Shown here piece after piece: positions 1 to 13,954 of a DNA stretch of 64,000 nucleotides. The stretch comes from Squalus acanthias. Lineage: Eukaryota. Position 1 is the first letter of the stretch. Each line of letters begins with the position of its first letter. Position numbers and translations under genes: made by a program. Below the pieces are notes generated by a model. That model was not told the origin of the DNA, ran no database searches, and saw only the letters and a program-made list of their open reading frames with translations. The DNA is taken from assembly GCA_030390025.1 (NCBI GenBank), contig CM059432.1, forward strand, positions 13,082,001 to 13,146,000, given 5' to 3'.

Positions 1-585
1 TGCAAGTGTTAAAGTTAGAACTTTTGAAATATCTCATTTTGGAAAACTTTAAAATCTACCACATTTTCGTCAACCATTTCAAATAGATACCATTGCCTAG
101 AAATTACTGTCGCCAATATATCAGCTAAACACAAGTCATGTTCATATGGCCTTCCTTTGTCTGCTACTTTAGCAGAGCTGTTATCCTTATTAAAATATAT
201 TTATGGAAATGTGACATCCAGTACTTCACGGGACATCGCTTCGGGCCTTGAAAAAGTTATTGATGCAAGAGCAACACTTGCGTAGCGAGGGCCCCATCAT
301 TTTACTCGGCAATGATACTCAGCACTACCTACTTATTAACCTGATATAAAATCCACACAGGTATAATCGTGAATAGGCATGTTTTGCAAATAGGTAATAT
401 AAAAATACTTGACAAGATGATGAGTGATCAGCTATTAACGTTGTGTAGGCGCGCTTTCACTCAATCTGCTTAGGACCCCGTGCAATTGCATGGGTTACAC
501 GGGGCCGCGGCATTGATGGAATACAACCAGATAGAGCTGAATAATGTAAACTGCAATGTTTGACTGAGATACACTGATTGGCTGT

Positions 586-963
586 TTGAAACATACAAAC
601 TTCTTACAAGGCTTGACAGGACAGATCCAGGGAGGATGTTTCCCCTGGCTGGGGAGTCTAGAACCAGGGGTCACAGTCTCAGAATAAGAGGTCGGCCATT
701 TAGGACTGAGATGAGGAGAAATTTCTTCACTCAGAGGGTGGTGAATCTTTGGAATTCTCTACCCCAGAGGGCTGTGGAGGCTCAGTCGTTGAGTATATTC
801 AAGACAGAGATCGATAGATTTTTGAATATTAAGGGAATCAAGGGATATGGGGATAGTGCAGGAAAGTGGAATTCAGGAAGATGATCAGCCTTGATCTTAT
901 TGAATGGTGGAGCAGGCTCGAGGGGCCGAATGGCCAACTCCTGCTCTTATTTCTTATGTTCTT
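586..963 (+). mobile_element. CR1 LINE 3' fragment
   Basis: ORF 636-884 MFPLAGESRTRGHSLRIRG...FFTQRVVNLWNSLP is the CR1 ORF2 C-terminus; the 3' UTR ends in a ttcttatgttctt tail. Confidence 0.9.
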
Positions 964-1866
964 AAATCTCGGAATTTTAATTCAATGACCCAAAAATTGC
1001 GGTCGGCAGCGTAGCTCCGGAGTACACCGCCGACCTACGGAAAGAATACAAACTTCCCTTGTGCGAGGCCCAGATCGGAGACTTGCTGTTTGGCGGTGCG
1101 GAGTCGTGCGCAGCGTATGACGACAGGAAGGCCAGGCGCGCAGCGTGCAGCCTCTGCGTAAGGGAGGGCACGCCCACAAAATCTGTCGAAACTGAGCCAC
1201 GCCCACAGGAACCTCTCAGTCTCTTCCATTGAAATCACATTTTAAATACCTTTTAAAAACTTTCAATGAAGCTGGTACTTGGACTTATTTCATTTATCGG
1301 CATTTTGTTAAAATGATGTCACAAAAATACCAACAACAGTTTGCCACCTGTTTTCCACTTGAAGGTTAAAAAAAAGATAATTTGAGGTCAATGGAAAGGT
1401 TCTCGTCGTTTACTAAAGTGAAGTAAATCGTTTAGCTGTTCCGCCTTCTGTTAGCTGGCTTGCGCTGCCATTTCCACTGGCTTTTAGTTTGTGCTCATGG
1501 TCCTACCATTCTATCACAAGCCTTCCTTTGCAAGAGATTTCAACCAGACCAGGAATTACGGTGCTGGGTAGTAACTGCGGACTGCGAACTCCCTATCTGT
1601 ATAAACAAGTACCTGGTTAAGGTTCAGACACAATGGATGACACACATCATCACTTAACAGACCCTTTGCATAGTGAAGATCGGGGTTCGGTGCACGGATG
1701 TGTGCGTGAAAACTTAGTTCACAGTTCTTTTCTTTTCCCTTGTATCAACACGTAACCAGGATTCATGATCTTAATAGCAGGTTTGCTGGAGACATATCCA
1801 CTGGCCAATCAACGTACCATTTAACCTGCTGTTGTCATCTCATCTCACTCACTCTTTCCCAGGTAA

Positions 1867-2162
1867 TTCTAATCCTGCCCTCTTGAGCATCCCTGATTAT
1901 AATCGCTCAACCTTTGGCGGCTGTGTCTTCTGTTGCCGAGGCCCTAAGCTCTGGAATTCTCTGCCTAAACCTCTCCGCCTCTCTACCTCTCTTTCCTCCT
2001 TTAAGACGCTCCTTAAAACCTGCCTCTTTGACCAAGCTTTTGGTCACCTGCCCCATTTTATCCTTATGTGGTTCGGTGTCAAATTTTTTGTCTTAAAATA
2101 CTCCTGTGCAGCGCCTTGGGACGTTAAAGGCGCTCTATAAATACAAGTTGTTGTTGTTGTTG
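1867..2162 (+). mobile_element. L2 LINE 3' fragment
   Basis: GPKLWNSLP...FKTLLKT.LF motif and (gtt)n tail; same family as 3614-4140 and 25322-26030. Confidence 0.85.
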
Positions 2163-3613
2163 GTAAACACATACAAGCAGCACAGTTTCTATCACTTGGG
2201 AAGTCTATTGAATGTTGCATTATTTATATTTCACACTAAGAAACATGTTCCTTTTCTTATTTGCTCGAAGGAGCATTGTAGAGTGATTTGCTAGCCCAAA
2301 GTACTTCACACAGCCAGGCTTTTGAAATTAAGGATGTGCTCGGATTTATTTTATGCAAATCTGATAAGTTTTTTATTCTTTTAAGGTTGGCATTTAATAT
2401 CCTGTCAGAGATCAATTACGACGGATTGCAATTCAACAGCACTGAAAGGCGTTGGCAATGATCCTTTTGGTTTACTGCACACCAGGCACGTAGCACACCA
2501 GCTGTGGGCCAGCTTTAAATGTATTATATAAAATAATCAAATACTAAAATGGTTTTATTTCATACATTTGGTGGAAGTATAAATGAGCCCAGTTCTTGAT
2601 CATACAATTGGAGTGCAGAAAACATTGATAATTCTAAATATTAATTGTCATATTTTATATTTTTTATGTTTCTAAATATTGCCGCTCGGTAGATGTATTT
2701 TATTGTGACGTGATACCGGAACGGTTAACAATCCCTTCAGACGCACTCTAGTGGGTTCCTTTCACAGTGAAACAGGCTCCTGCGCCTGCTTTCACTCACC
2801 AGTAAAATTTTCGGACGTAATTGCTGGGCAGTTGGTGGGCAATTCGCCCAACTCTGCGCCAGCAATGAGTATTCCCCTGTCGGTGCGGATCATCCGTCAA
2901 GGTGTCCCTTGACAGATCGCAGGTTCGGGACTTAGCGTGTGCGGAAATCCCGAGCCTGCGGTATATTTCAAAGGCGGTATGACAGTGTACTCTCAGAGTG
3001 CGCCGGCATGCTCACCGCAAAGTCTGCCCCAATGTCTTCAGCGGTCAGGGCACACTTTAGACTTTTCTCTTCTTGGAAGCTCTGCTTATAGTTATTCGCC
3101 GACCTTATTCCATATTTTATGCATCCGTTTTTTTTCTCCCCATTTCTCTTCTTCCTCCCACCAACTCCCCCCCCCCCCCAACCCCCACCCACCCCCTCCA
3201 AAACCAGAGGACGCACTTCCACAATGTGCAATCTGGCTGAGAACAAGCAAAATACATCCTAGGAGATTAATGTAAGTGGGTCAAGGCTTGGGTTTGAGTT
3301 CATGATCTTCTGTGTAAAAGTCCTAGTAACTACTGCTAAACATACCCAGAACTCTTTAGGTATATATATATATATATCTGTAATCCTTATCTTAATTAAA
3401 CCAATCTCATCTTCATCCTTTCTGCTGTTATCCTTTCTGCTGTTAATAGTATTTTGACCTTGGAGCAATGGTTACTAAATGGCAATGGTTAAAAAAAAAG
3501 TGCTGTATTCCTGTGGGATTAAGTCATAGTTCAGGCTGGAAAAATTACTATTATCAGCCTAGGACAGCTGTAGAGTGGTATCAGTAATCTATTATGAATA
3601 TAAAACTGACTAG

Positions 3614-4140
3614 CAACAACAACAACAACTTGTATTTATATAGCACCTTTAACGTAGTAAAACATCCCAAGGCACTTCACAGGGAACAAAACTAAAACAA
3701 AATTTGACACCGAGCCACACGAGGAGATATTAGGGCAGATGACAAAAAGCTTGGTCAAAGAGGTAGGTTTTAAGGAGCGTCTTAAAGAAGGAAAGAGAGG
3801 TAGAGAGATTCAGGCAGGGAATTCCAGAGCTTAGGGCCCAGGCAGCTGAAGGCACGGCCGCCAATGGTTGAGCGATTATAATCAGGGATGCTCAAGAGGG
3901 CAGAATTAGAGGAGCGCAGATATCTCGGGGGGGTTATGGGGCTGGAGGAGATTACAGAGATAGGAAGGAGTGAGGCCATGGAGGGATTTGAAAACAAGGC
4001 TGAGAATTTTAAAATCGAGGCGTTGCTTAACCGGGAGCCAATGTTGGTCAGCGAGCACAGGGGTGATGGGCGAACGGGACTTGGTGCGAGTTAGGACACG
4101 GGCAGCCGGGTTTTGGATGAGCTCAAGTTTACAGAGGGTA
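3614..4140 (-). mobile_element. L2 LINE 3' fragment
   Basis: IQNPAARVLTRTK...HWLPVKQRLDFKIL motif; (caa)n tail at the left end. Confidence 0.9.
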
Positions 4141-4500
4141 GCCAATTTCCATTTTGACCTCTCATGCTCCCCGTTCTGCAGATTTAAAAAAGCTAATTAT
4201 TGATAACTTCTTCAGTTAAATGACGACTTTTGGAATATTTTATCATTTCAATCAAGGCAGCCCAGTGAATGCTTAAAGAGACAAGGGGAATCCCCCAAAC
4301 TTCAATCTCTTGCTGTCATACATAAACAATTAGGAAATAAAATGATGAAAAGCAGTTGAGTTATTAGGACATCAAAAGATAGTTCAGGAAACATCAGAAC
4401 CAGAAGGGAACAGTTGATGAAATGAAACCTTTGCACCCCTGAAGTGTGGGTCATTGGAATTTCTTTGCGAGTAAAAATAAATCAATAGCAGAACATTTTA

Positions 4501-4925
4501 CAGGAAACTTTCGTTTATCCGGCACCCAAATATCCGGAATTCTCGCTTAACCGGCAAAAATCATCCTCCGAAAACTCCTCTCAAATAACCGGCAATGTTG
4601 CCGAGTCGCAGTCGAGTCTCCGCGAACGCCGAGTGCTCCGAAAACTCCTCTCAAATAACCGGCAATGTTGCCGATCCCGAGTCCAAGTCCGAGTCCGCGA
4701 ATGCCGATTTAGTCAGTAGGGGTACTTTTCAAAAGTGCCACTACTCGGCCTCCTGGCGCTGTCGGAAGTCCGAAACACTGCAGTAGCAAGAGTTGATTCT
4801 CCCGCGCTGCCTGGAGTCTCTTTGTTAAAAATAGCCTCGGTAGATATAACTCTCCGTTATCCGGTACTTTCGATAAACCGGCACCACGCCGGTCCCGTCG
4901 ATGCCGGATAAACGAAAGTTTCCTG
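4501..4925. mobile_element. Tc1/mariner (pogo/Tigger-like) MITE
   Basis: Perfect 24-bp TIR CAGGAAACTTTCGTTTATCCGGCA at both ends, flanked by TA on each side; internal ~37-bp direct duplication. Confidence 0.85.
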
Positions 4926-5308
4926 TACTCTGAATTTCTAACTCCCAACTTTCCTACTGCTAAATAATTAAGGAAAACTGCATTTCTATTCCTTGCAAAC
5001 TCTTTAAGTGCATGAAAAACTAAAATTTATTTTAAAATAACAAAATCAATTTTACTACCCGCCAGCAAGGAATTAAAACCACATCTTTTCAACTTGCCTA
5101 TGTATAACATGCCAAAATATACATAACCCACTTCAGTGCAAAAAGTGCAGAATTTTACAGTTTATCATTATAATAAATTATTTTGACTTTTGGAAAATAA
5201 ATTACCTGAATTATCTTCACACCATTTAGGTGCCACCGTTCACAACTACTCAACCAAAGAGATAGAAAGGATAAGCACCCGATTCAGTTTGTCAAACTGT
5301 TCCTAAAC

Positions 5309-5327
5309 TGGCCACTAGATGGCACCT
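5309..5327 (+). promoter_or_regulatory. Putative CTCF binding site
   Basis: TGGCCACTAGATGGCACCT matches the core consensus CCACYAGRKGGCRS and lies in non-repeat sequence; motif match only. Confidence 0.45.
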
Positions 5328-5762
5328 AAGGGCAACGCAGTTTGATTCCACCCAAACTTCCCTGCCTCTGAGGAACAGCACCTCTTCTACTCACTTAACC
5401 GCTTGCTTGATGTATAAGAGGGCCAAAACTGCTGCACCCCCCAGCCCAAAAGCATATTGTTCAAACCGCTTTAATGTGGCGGTGTTTTTTCGGACCATAA
5501 CATATTGTATATCTTTGAGCCAAGATACCTGTCACACTTAAGCTCCAAGATCAGTTTTATTTATATATACATCTTTATATTTAGGGTGACAACTTGCTCA
5601 TCAGGCCTCCAGTAATGCTGTTGTAAAACCAGATGGCAGGGGGATGTGCGAAGACAGCTAATAGAAGATTTCTCATCGCTTATTCTCTCTCGCTCCTTGT
5701 GAAGAAACATCTTCCAGCACCTCCACCAGAGTAGCACAGCTGAGATTGGGAACCCAGCACCT

Positions 5763-5945
5763 CGGATTACATCGGATTACACAGGATATACGGCACAGAA
5801 ATAGGCCATTCGGCCCAAACCAGTCCATGCCGGGGTTTATGCTCCACTTGAGCCTCCTCCCGTCTTTCCTCATCGAACTCTATCAGCATAACTCTCTATT
5901 CCCCTCTCCCTCATATGCTTGTCTAGCCTCCCCGTAAATGCATCA
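5763..5945 (-). mobile_element. CR1 3' UTR fragment
   Basis: cggattacatcggattac tail followed by the acagaaataggccattcggccc CR1 3'-end motif. Confidence 0.65.
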
Positions 5946-6125
5946 AATTTAATTTCACACTTCCACGTCCTGCCAGTTTGTGGCACAGAGTGAAAATTGT
6001 TGTTGCGCTAAATCTATCTGCTATTTTAAAGTAAAGTTTCTCATGCACTTAAGGAATACCACCGCATCACCAGGGGCACCCTCCATACGAGTCATTGGCC
6101 ATATATTGGAGGAAGTGGGCATGCT

Positions 6126-9100
6126 CCAGACAGGGACAATTAGAGTAGATTGGGCCATCCGAGACAGGGACAATTAGAGTAGATTGGGCCATCCAGACAA
6201 GGACAATTAGAGTAGATTGGGCCATTCCAGACAGGGACAATTAGAGTAGATTGGGTCATCCCAGACAGGGACAATTAGAGTAGATTGGGTCATCCCAGAC
6301 AGGGACAATTAGAGTAGATTGGGCCATCCTAGACAGGGACAATTAGAGTAGATTGGGCCATCCCAGACAGGGACAATTAGAGTAGATTGGGTCATCCCAG
6401 ACAGGGACAATTAGAGTAGATTGGGTCATCCCAGACAGGGACAATTAGAGTAGATTGGGTCATCCCAGACAGGGACAATTAGAGTAGATTGGGCCATCCT
6501 AGACAGGGACAATTAGAGTAGATTGGGCCATTCCAGACAGGGACAATTAGAGTAGATTGGGCCATTCCAGACAAGGACAATTAGAGTAGATTGGGCCATC
6601 CTAGACAGTGACAATTAGAGTAGATTGGGCCATCCCAGACAGGGACAATTAGAGTAGATTGGGCCATTCCAGACAGGGACAATTAGAGTAGATTGGGCCA
6701 TCCCAGACAGGGACAATTAGAGTAGATTGGGCCATTCCAGACAGGGACAATTAGAGTAGATTGGGCCATTCCAGACAAGGACAATTAGAGTAGATTGGGC
6801 CATCCCAGACAAGGACAATTAGAGTAGATTGGGCCATCCTAGACAGTGACAATTAGAGTAGATTGGGCCATTCCAGACAGGGACAATTAGAGTAGATTGG
6901 GCCATTCCAGACAGTGACAATTAGAGTAGATTGGGCCATTCCAGACAGGGACAATTAGAGTAGATTGGGCCATTCCAGACAAGGACAATCAGAGTAGATT
7001 GGGCCATCCCAGACAAGGACAATTAGAGTAGATTGGGTCATTCCAGACAGGGACAATTAGAGTAGATTGGGTCATCCCAGACAGTGACAATTAGAGTAGA
7101 TTGGGCCATCCCAGACAGTGACAATTAGAGTAGATTGGGCCATTCCAGACAAGGACAATTAGAGTAGATTGGGCCATTCCAGACAGGGACAATTAGAGTA
7201 GATTGGGCCATCCCAGACAGTGACAATTAGAGTAGATTGGGCCATTCCAGACAGGGACAATTAGAGTAGATTGGGCCATTCCAGACAGGGACAATTAGAG
7301 TAGATTGGGTCATCCCAGACAGTGACAATTAGAGTAGATTGGGCCATCCCAGACAGTGACAATTAGAGTAGATTGGGCCATTCCAGACAGGGACAATTAG
7401 AGTAGATTGGGCCATTCCAGACAGGGACAATTAGAGTAGATTGGGCCATCCCAGACAGGGACAATTAGAGTAGATTGGGCCATTCCAGACAGGGACAATT
7501 AGAGTAGATTGGGTCATCCCAGACAGTGACAATTAGAGTAGATTGGGCCATCCCAGACAGTGACAATTAGAGTAGATTGGGCCATTCCAGACAGGGACAA
7601 TTAGAGTAGATTGGGCCATTCCAGACAGGGACAATTAGAGTAGATTGGGCCATTCCAGACAGGGACAATTAGAGTAGATTGGGTCATCCCAGACAGTGAC
7701 AATTAGAGTAGATTGGGCCATCCCAGACAGTGACAATTAGAGTAGATTGGGCCATTCCAGACAGGGACAATTAGAGTAGATTGGGCCATTCCAGACAGGG
7801 ACAATTAGAGTAGATTGGGCCATCCCAGACAGGGACAATTAGAGTAGATTGGGCCATCCCAGACAGGGACAATTAGAGTAGATTGGGCCATCCCAGACAG
7901 TGACAATTAGAGTAGATTGGGCCATTCCAGACAGGGACAATTAGAGTAGATTGGGCCATTCCAGACAAGGACAATTAGAGTAGATTGGGCCATTCCAGAC
8001 AGGGACAATTAGAGTAGATTGGGTCATCCCAGACAAGGACAATAGAGTAGATTGGGTCATTCCAGACAGGGACAATTAGAGTGGATTGGGCCATCCCAGA
8101 CAGGGACAATTAGAGTAGATTGGGCCATTCCAGACAGGGACAATTAGAGTAGATTGGGTCATCCCAGACAAGGACAATAGAGTAGATTGGGCCATCCCAG
8201 ACAGTGACAATTAGAGTAGATTGGGTCATTCCAGACAGGGACAATTAGAGTAGATTGGGTCATCCCAGACAAGGACAATTAGAGTAGATTGGGTCATTCC
8301 AGACAAGGACAATTAGAGTAGATTGGGCCATTCCCAGACAGGGACAATTAGAGTAGATTGGGCCATCCCAGACAGGGACAATTAGAGTAGATTGGGTCAT
8401 CCCAGACAAGGACAATTAGAGTAGATTGGGTCATCCCAGACAAGGACAATTAGAGTAGATTGGGTCATCCCAGACAAGGACAATTAGAGTAGATTGGGCC
8501 ATCCCAGACAGGGACAATTAGAGTAGATTGGGTCATCCCAGACAAGGACAATTAGAGTAGATTGGGTCATCCCAGACAAGGACAATTAGAGTAGATTGGG
8601 CCATTCCCAGACAAGGACAATTAGAGTAGATTGGGTCATCCCAGACAGGGACAATTAGAGTAGATTGGGTCATCCCAGACAAGGACAATTAGAGTAGATT
8701 GGGTCATTCCAGACAGGGACAATTAGAGTAGATTGGGCCATCCCAGACAGGGACAATTAGAGTAGATTGGGCCATTCCAGACAGGGACAATTAGAGTAGA
8801 TTGGGTCATTCCAGACAGGGACAATTAGAGTAGATTGGGCCATCCCAGACAGGGACAATTAGAGTAGATTGGGTCATTCCAGACAGGGACAATTAGAGTA
8901 GATTGGGTCATCCCAGACAGGGACAATTAGAGTAGATTGGGTCATCCCAGACAAGGACAATTAGAGTAGATTGGGCCATCCCAGACAGGGACAATTAGAG
9001 TAGATTGGGTCATCCCAGACAAGGACAATTAGAGTAGATTGGGTCATCCCAGACAAGGACAATTAGAGTAGATTGGGCCATTCCCAGACAAGGACAATTA

Positions 9101-9839
9101 GAGTAGATTGGGTCATCCCAGACAGGGACAATTAGAGTAGATTGGGTCATCCCAGACAAGGACAATTAGAGTAGATTGGGTCATTCCAGACAGGGACAAT
9201 TAGAGTAGATTGGGCCATCCCAGACAGGGACAATTAGAGTAGATTGGGCCATTCCAGACAGGGACAATTAGAGTAGATTGGGCCATCCCAGACAGGGACA
9301 ATTAGAGTAGATTGGGCCATCCTAGACAGTGACAATTAGAGTAGATTGGGCCATCCCAGACAAGGACAATTAGAGTAGATTGGGCCATTCCAGACAGGGA
9401 CAATTAGAGTAGATTGGGCCATCCCAGACAAGGACAATTAGAGTAGATTGGGCCATTCCAGACAGGGACAATTAGAGTAGATTGGGCCATCCCAGACAAG
9501 GACAATTAGAGTAGATTGGGCCATTCCAGACAGGGACAATTAGAGTAGATTGGGCCATTCCAGACAAGGACAATTAGAGTAGATTGGGCCATCCCAGACA
9601 GGGACAATTAGAGTAGATTGGGCCATTCCAGACAAGGACAATTAGAGTAGATTGGGCCATTCCAGACAAGGACAATTAGAGTAGATTGGGCCATTCCAGA
9701 CAGGGACAGTTAGAGTAGATTGGGCCATCCTAGACAAGGACCATTAGAGTAGATTGGGCCATCCCAGACAAGGACAATTAGAGTAGATTGGGCCATTCCA
9801 GACAGGGACAGTTAGAGTAGATTGGGCCATTCCAGACAG
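6126..9839. repeat. Minisatellite, 34-bp unit, about 109 copies
   Basis: Tandem unit CCAGACAGGGACAATTAGAGTAGATTGGGCCATC with a few variable positions and no spacers. Confidence 0.97.
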
Positions 9840-9860
9840 ATCAGTCTCTCAACATTATAA

Positions 9861-10877
9861 TAAGAACATAAGACATAGGAGCAAGAGTAGGTCATTTGGC
9901 CCCTCGAGGCTGCTCCGCCATTCAAAAAGATCATGGCCTCAACTCCACTTCTCTGCCCACTCCCCATAACCCTTGACTCCCTTATCATTCAAAAATCTGT
10001 CTATCTTCACCTTCAGCTCTCTGGGGCAGAGAATTCCAAAGATTCATGACCCTCTGAGAGAAGAAATTCCTCATTTCTGTTTTAAAAGGGTGTCCCCTTA
10101 TTCTGAAATTATGCCCCCTAGTTCTAGATTCCCCCATGAGGGGAAACATCCTCTCTGCATCTACCCTGTCAAGCCCCTTCAGAATCTTATATGTTTCAAT
10201 AAGATCCCCTCTCATTCTTCTAAATTCCAATGAGTATAGGCCCAACCTGCTCAACCTTTCTTCATAAGATAGCCCCTTCATCTCTGGAATCAACCTCGTG
10301 AACCTTCTCTGAACTGCCTCCAATGCAAGTATATCCTTCCTTAAATAAGGAGACCAAAACTGTACGCAGTACTCAAGGTGTGGTCTCACCAAAGCCCTGT
10401 ACAGTTGTAACAGGACTTCCCTACTTTTATACTCCATTCCCTTTGCAATAAAGACCAACACTCCATTTGCCTTCCTAATAACTTGCTGTACCTGCATGCT
10501 AACTTTTTGTGATTCATGTACAAGGACCCCCAGATCCCTCTGTACCTCAGCATTTTGTAATTTCTCCCCATTTAAATAATAATTTGCTTTATTTTTCCTA
10601 CAAAAGTGGATAACCTCGCATTTTCCCACATTAAACTCCATCTGCCAGATTTTTGCCCACTCACTTAGCTTATCTATATCCCTTTGGAGATTCTTTGCGT
10701 CCTCCACACAATTTGCTTTCCCACCTATCTTTGTATCATCAGCAAATTTGGCTACATTACATTCAGTCCCTTCATCCAAGTCAATAATATAGATTGTAAA
10801 TAGTTGAGGCCCCAGCACTGATCCCTGCGGCACCCCACTAGTTACAGTTTGCCAACCTGAAAATGACCCATTTATCC
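9861..10877 (-). mobile_element. CR1 LINE 3' part (RT C-terminal half)
   Basis: 305-aa ORF with SGVPQGSVLGP and KFADD motifs; aagaacataag tail. Confidence 0.95.
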
Positions 10878-11066
10878 CATCAACCAATACTGCTGCTGTC
10901 AAATACAGATACAGACATTGGAACCTGAGTGAATTGTTGCATCATCTGTAAGACAATACATGATTTTAAAAAAACAAGTTAATTTGCTTGTGGGTGCAGA
11001 AGCCATTGGACTGATTTATTTTATGGGTGGAGGTTTAAAAAAGAGGGAGGGAGGAAGGAAGGAAAA

Positions 11067-11527
11067 TAAATTCTTGCATTTATATAGCACCTTTCACGAC
11101 CACCGAATGTCCCAAAGCACTTTACAGCCAATTAAGTACTTTTGGAGTGTAGTTACTGTTGTAATGTGGAAAACACAGCTGCCAATTTGCACACAGCAAG
11201 CTCCCACAAACAGCAATGTGATAATGACCAGATAATCTGTTTTAGTGATGTTGATTGAGTGATAAATATCAGCCAGGACACCGGGGATAACTCCCCTGCT
11301 CTTCGTCGAAATAGTGCCATGGATCTTTTACGTCCACCTGAGAGAGAGCAGACAGGGCCTCGGTTTAATGTCTCATCTGAAAGACAGCACCTCCGACAGT
11401 GCAGCACTCCCTCAGCACTGCACTGGAGTTTCAGCCTAGATTTTTGTGCTCGTCTCCGGAGTGGGACTTGAACCCACAACCTTCTGACTCAGAGGCAAGG
11501 GTGCTGCCCGCTGAGTCACAGTTGACA
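11067..11527 (-). mobile_element. tRNA-derived SINE (Deu-domain/SacSINE1-like, L2-type tail)
   Basis: A/B-box head (ggttcaagtcccactcc) and 3' tail shared with the L2 copies; paralogues at 17272 and 37287. Confidence 0.8.
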
Positions 11528-12709
11528 CGAGGGTTGCAATTAAATGGGAACAGGCAGCTGGTTGGTGGGGTGTTATGGTTTGTTTGAGCTGTGCATCCAA
11601 AATAGAGCAAGGAGTCTTAATATCTAAATGTATAATCAGGGTTCTGCGATATTGAAGTGCTTTTGGTGCAGTGGAATCTGCCTTTATATTTCCAGGCAAA
11701 TCCCACAGGACTGAAGCAATGAAAAACTGGCTAGTTGTTTGAAAGTTACAATTTGCAAGTTCACTCTAACCGTTGGAGTTTCCCTGAGATATAAAAGATC
11801 TGAACAAGCCAGAAAGTCGACCCACATATTTTATTGGTTGGCAAAACTGCAATACAAAGAATACATAGATTATGATCATGCCTAAATTAGGGCCATATTA
11901 TACAGGTGTTGCCACCAACATTGTAGGTGTTGTGGATGGGGGCATTAATCCAGACCAAATTCAGTGGCAATGGGCCTTGGGATGCGAGTACTTTCACCGA
12001 TGACGTGTTGTGAAGGGAATGTTAATGGGAGCCCAGCATTAGATCAGCTTGTGGCATAAAGCAAGCTGATCTTGTATCTCGCTCCCTGTCTCTCTACTCC
12101 CCAATAAATCTCACTTGATTGGGCCTCTTGTGGAATGGCCTAATACTTTTAATACTATGTACATTTATATTTGGGCTTGTAACCCGTCGAAAGTCTGAGA
12201 AAAATGCTTTGTCTTTCTGCTGCTCAGTAACCGGTTACGTGGATGACCGCTAGATGAATGCTCCAATGGACTGCCTTGCACAATGTCAGGGCTCTAATAT
12301 TCCTGGCTACAAGGCTCGACTGTTGGTTCAGTGTCAGCCCTCAATGACCCATATATCAATTACACAAGCATCTGTGTCCTCATTTACTGGAGCTGTTTTT
12401 CCGCTTATAGTGGGCTTAGTGCCAATATTTGTGCCTCTCCATTGCCTAAGCAGCACTAGATTTACACTGAATGCATAGCGTCAACTAACAATGACAACCT
12501 ACATATATTTGCGAGTCGCTCTGTAAAAAAATTTTTTTTTTTATTTATTTGTTCTACATCTATTGGTGATTTAAAATTAAAAATGGCTCACCGTGCAACT
12601 GATACAAATTGATGAGAATTAAGTGAAAAAGGTATTTGCCCAAAAGTATTTTTGTTAGCCCTTTCCAATTAGATTTTCAGTACATTTGCTGGGGAAACGC
12701 CAAATAACA

Positions 12710-13457
12710 ATTTTTTTTTATATTCATTCACGGGATGTAGGCGTCGCTGGCAAGACCAGCATTTATTGTCCATTCCTAGTTGCCCTCGAGAAGGTGGTGG
12801 TGAGCCACCTTCTTGAACCGCTGCAGTCTGTGTGGTGAAGGTACTCCCACAGTGCTGTTAGGGAAGGAGTTCCAGGATTTTCACCCAGCAACGATGAAGG
12901 ATCGGCGATATATTTCTAAGTCAGGATGGTGTGTGACTTGGAGGGGAACTTGGAGGTGGTGGTGTTCCCATGTGCCTGCTGCCCTTGTCCTTCTAGGTGG
13001 AAGAGGTCGTGAGTTTGGGAGGTGCTGTTGAAGAAGCCTTGGCGAGTTGCTGCAGTGCATCTTGTAGATGGTACACACTGCAGCCACGGTGCGCCAGTGG
13101 TGGAGGGAGTGAATGTTTAAGGTGGTGGATGGGGTGCCAATCAAGCCGGCTGCTTTGTCCTGGCTGGTGTCGAGCTTGAGCATTGTTGCGGCTGCACTCA
13201 TCCAGGCAAGTGGAGCATATTCCATCACACCCCTGATTTGTACATTGTAAGTGGGAGAGAGGGTTTGAGGTGGCAGGGGTGAGCCATATGCTGCAGAATA
13301 CCCAGCCTCTGACCTGCTCGAGTAGTCACAGTATTTAATGGCTGCTGCAGTTGAGTTTCTGAATGGTGACGCCCACAATGTTGATGGTGGGGGATTCAGT
13401 GATGGTATCATTGACTGTCATGGGGAGGTGGTTAGATTTGTTCTTGTTGGAGATGGT
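12710..13457 (-). mobile_element. HER1-like LINE 3' fragment
   Basis: ORF with VMEYAPLAWMSAA...LHHWRTVAAVCTIYKMHC; its 3' end (cccacatcccgtgaatgaata) is shared with the HE1-like SINEs. Confidence 0.75.
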
Positions 13458-13954
13458 GCAGGCAGGTTAATCCACTTAGCATCTATCCTGACATCAAACT
13501 CATCCATGGTTAGTAGATGGAGGGCACCTTATCGACAAAGATCCCCGTTAGCTGCGCAGCTGTGCAGCGCTCCAGGATTCCGTGCGGCCAGCTTGCCGGC
13601 TTTTCAATGCAAAAACCGCTCATGCATGGTACTTTGAATGGGCTATGCCAAAAAAAATTTACAGGGAATATCACTTACCGGCATTAGCCCAGACCCAATA
13701 CCCAGCTATAGCAGGAATCTTAGTAGTCAAGTCAATGAGTAGACTGTGCAGCTATACACCATTGAAGAAGATATTTGCAAATACATTTAGGGGGGAATTG
13801 GAGCTCCTGCATGGGGGATTTGCTATTTTAATTTGCACTTGAAAATCAATGGCAAATCAGTACATGGCAGTGTTTGGAGAAACACTTCAGATGCTGCAGG
13901 AGATGGGGAGGGGATAACGTCATTCACAGCTGGATGCTATTTTGCTTGGCACAA

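Noticed and set aside
970..1200. CpG-rich islet that could be a promoter (similar patches at 2810-3110 and 51960-52232)
   Set aside because: Too short for a CpG island, and the ends resemble Harbinger-type TIR fragments; probably MITE remnants with unresolved boundaries
6126..9839. CRISPR-like array
   Set aside because: Units are contiguous with no unique spacers, there are no cas genes and the context is eukaryotic
12041..12072. Small hairpin AGATCAGCTTG-N10-CAAGCTGATCT
   Set aside because: An 11-bp stem is too short for a pre-miRNA and has no other support
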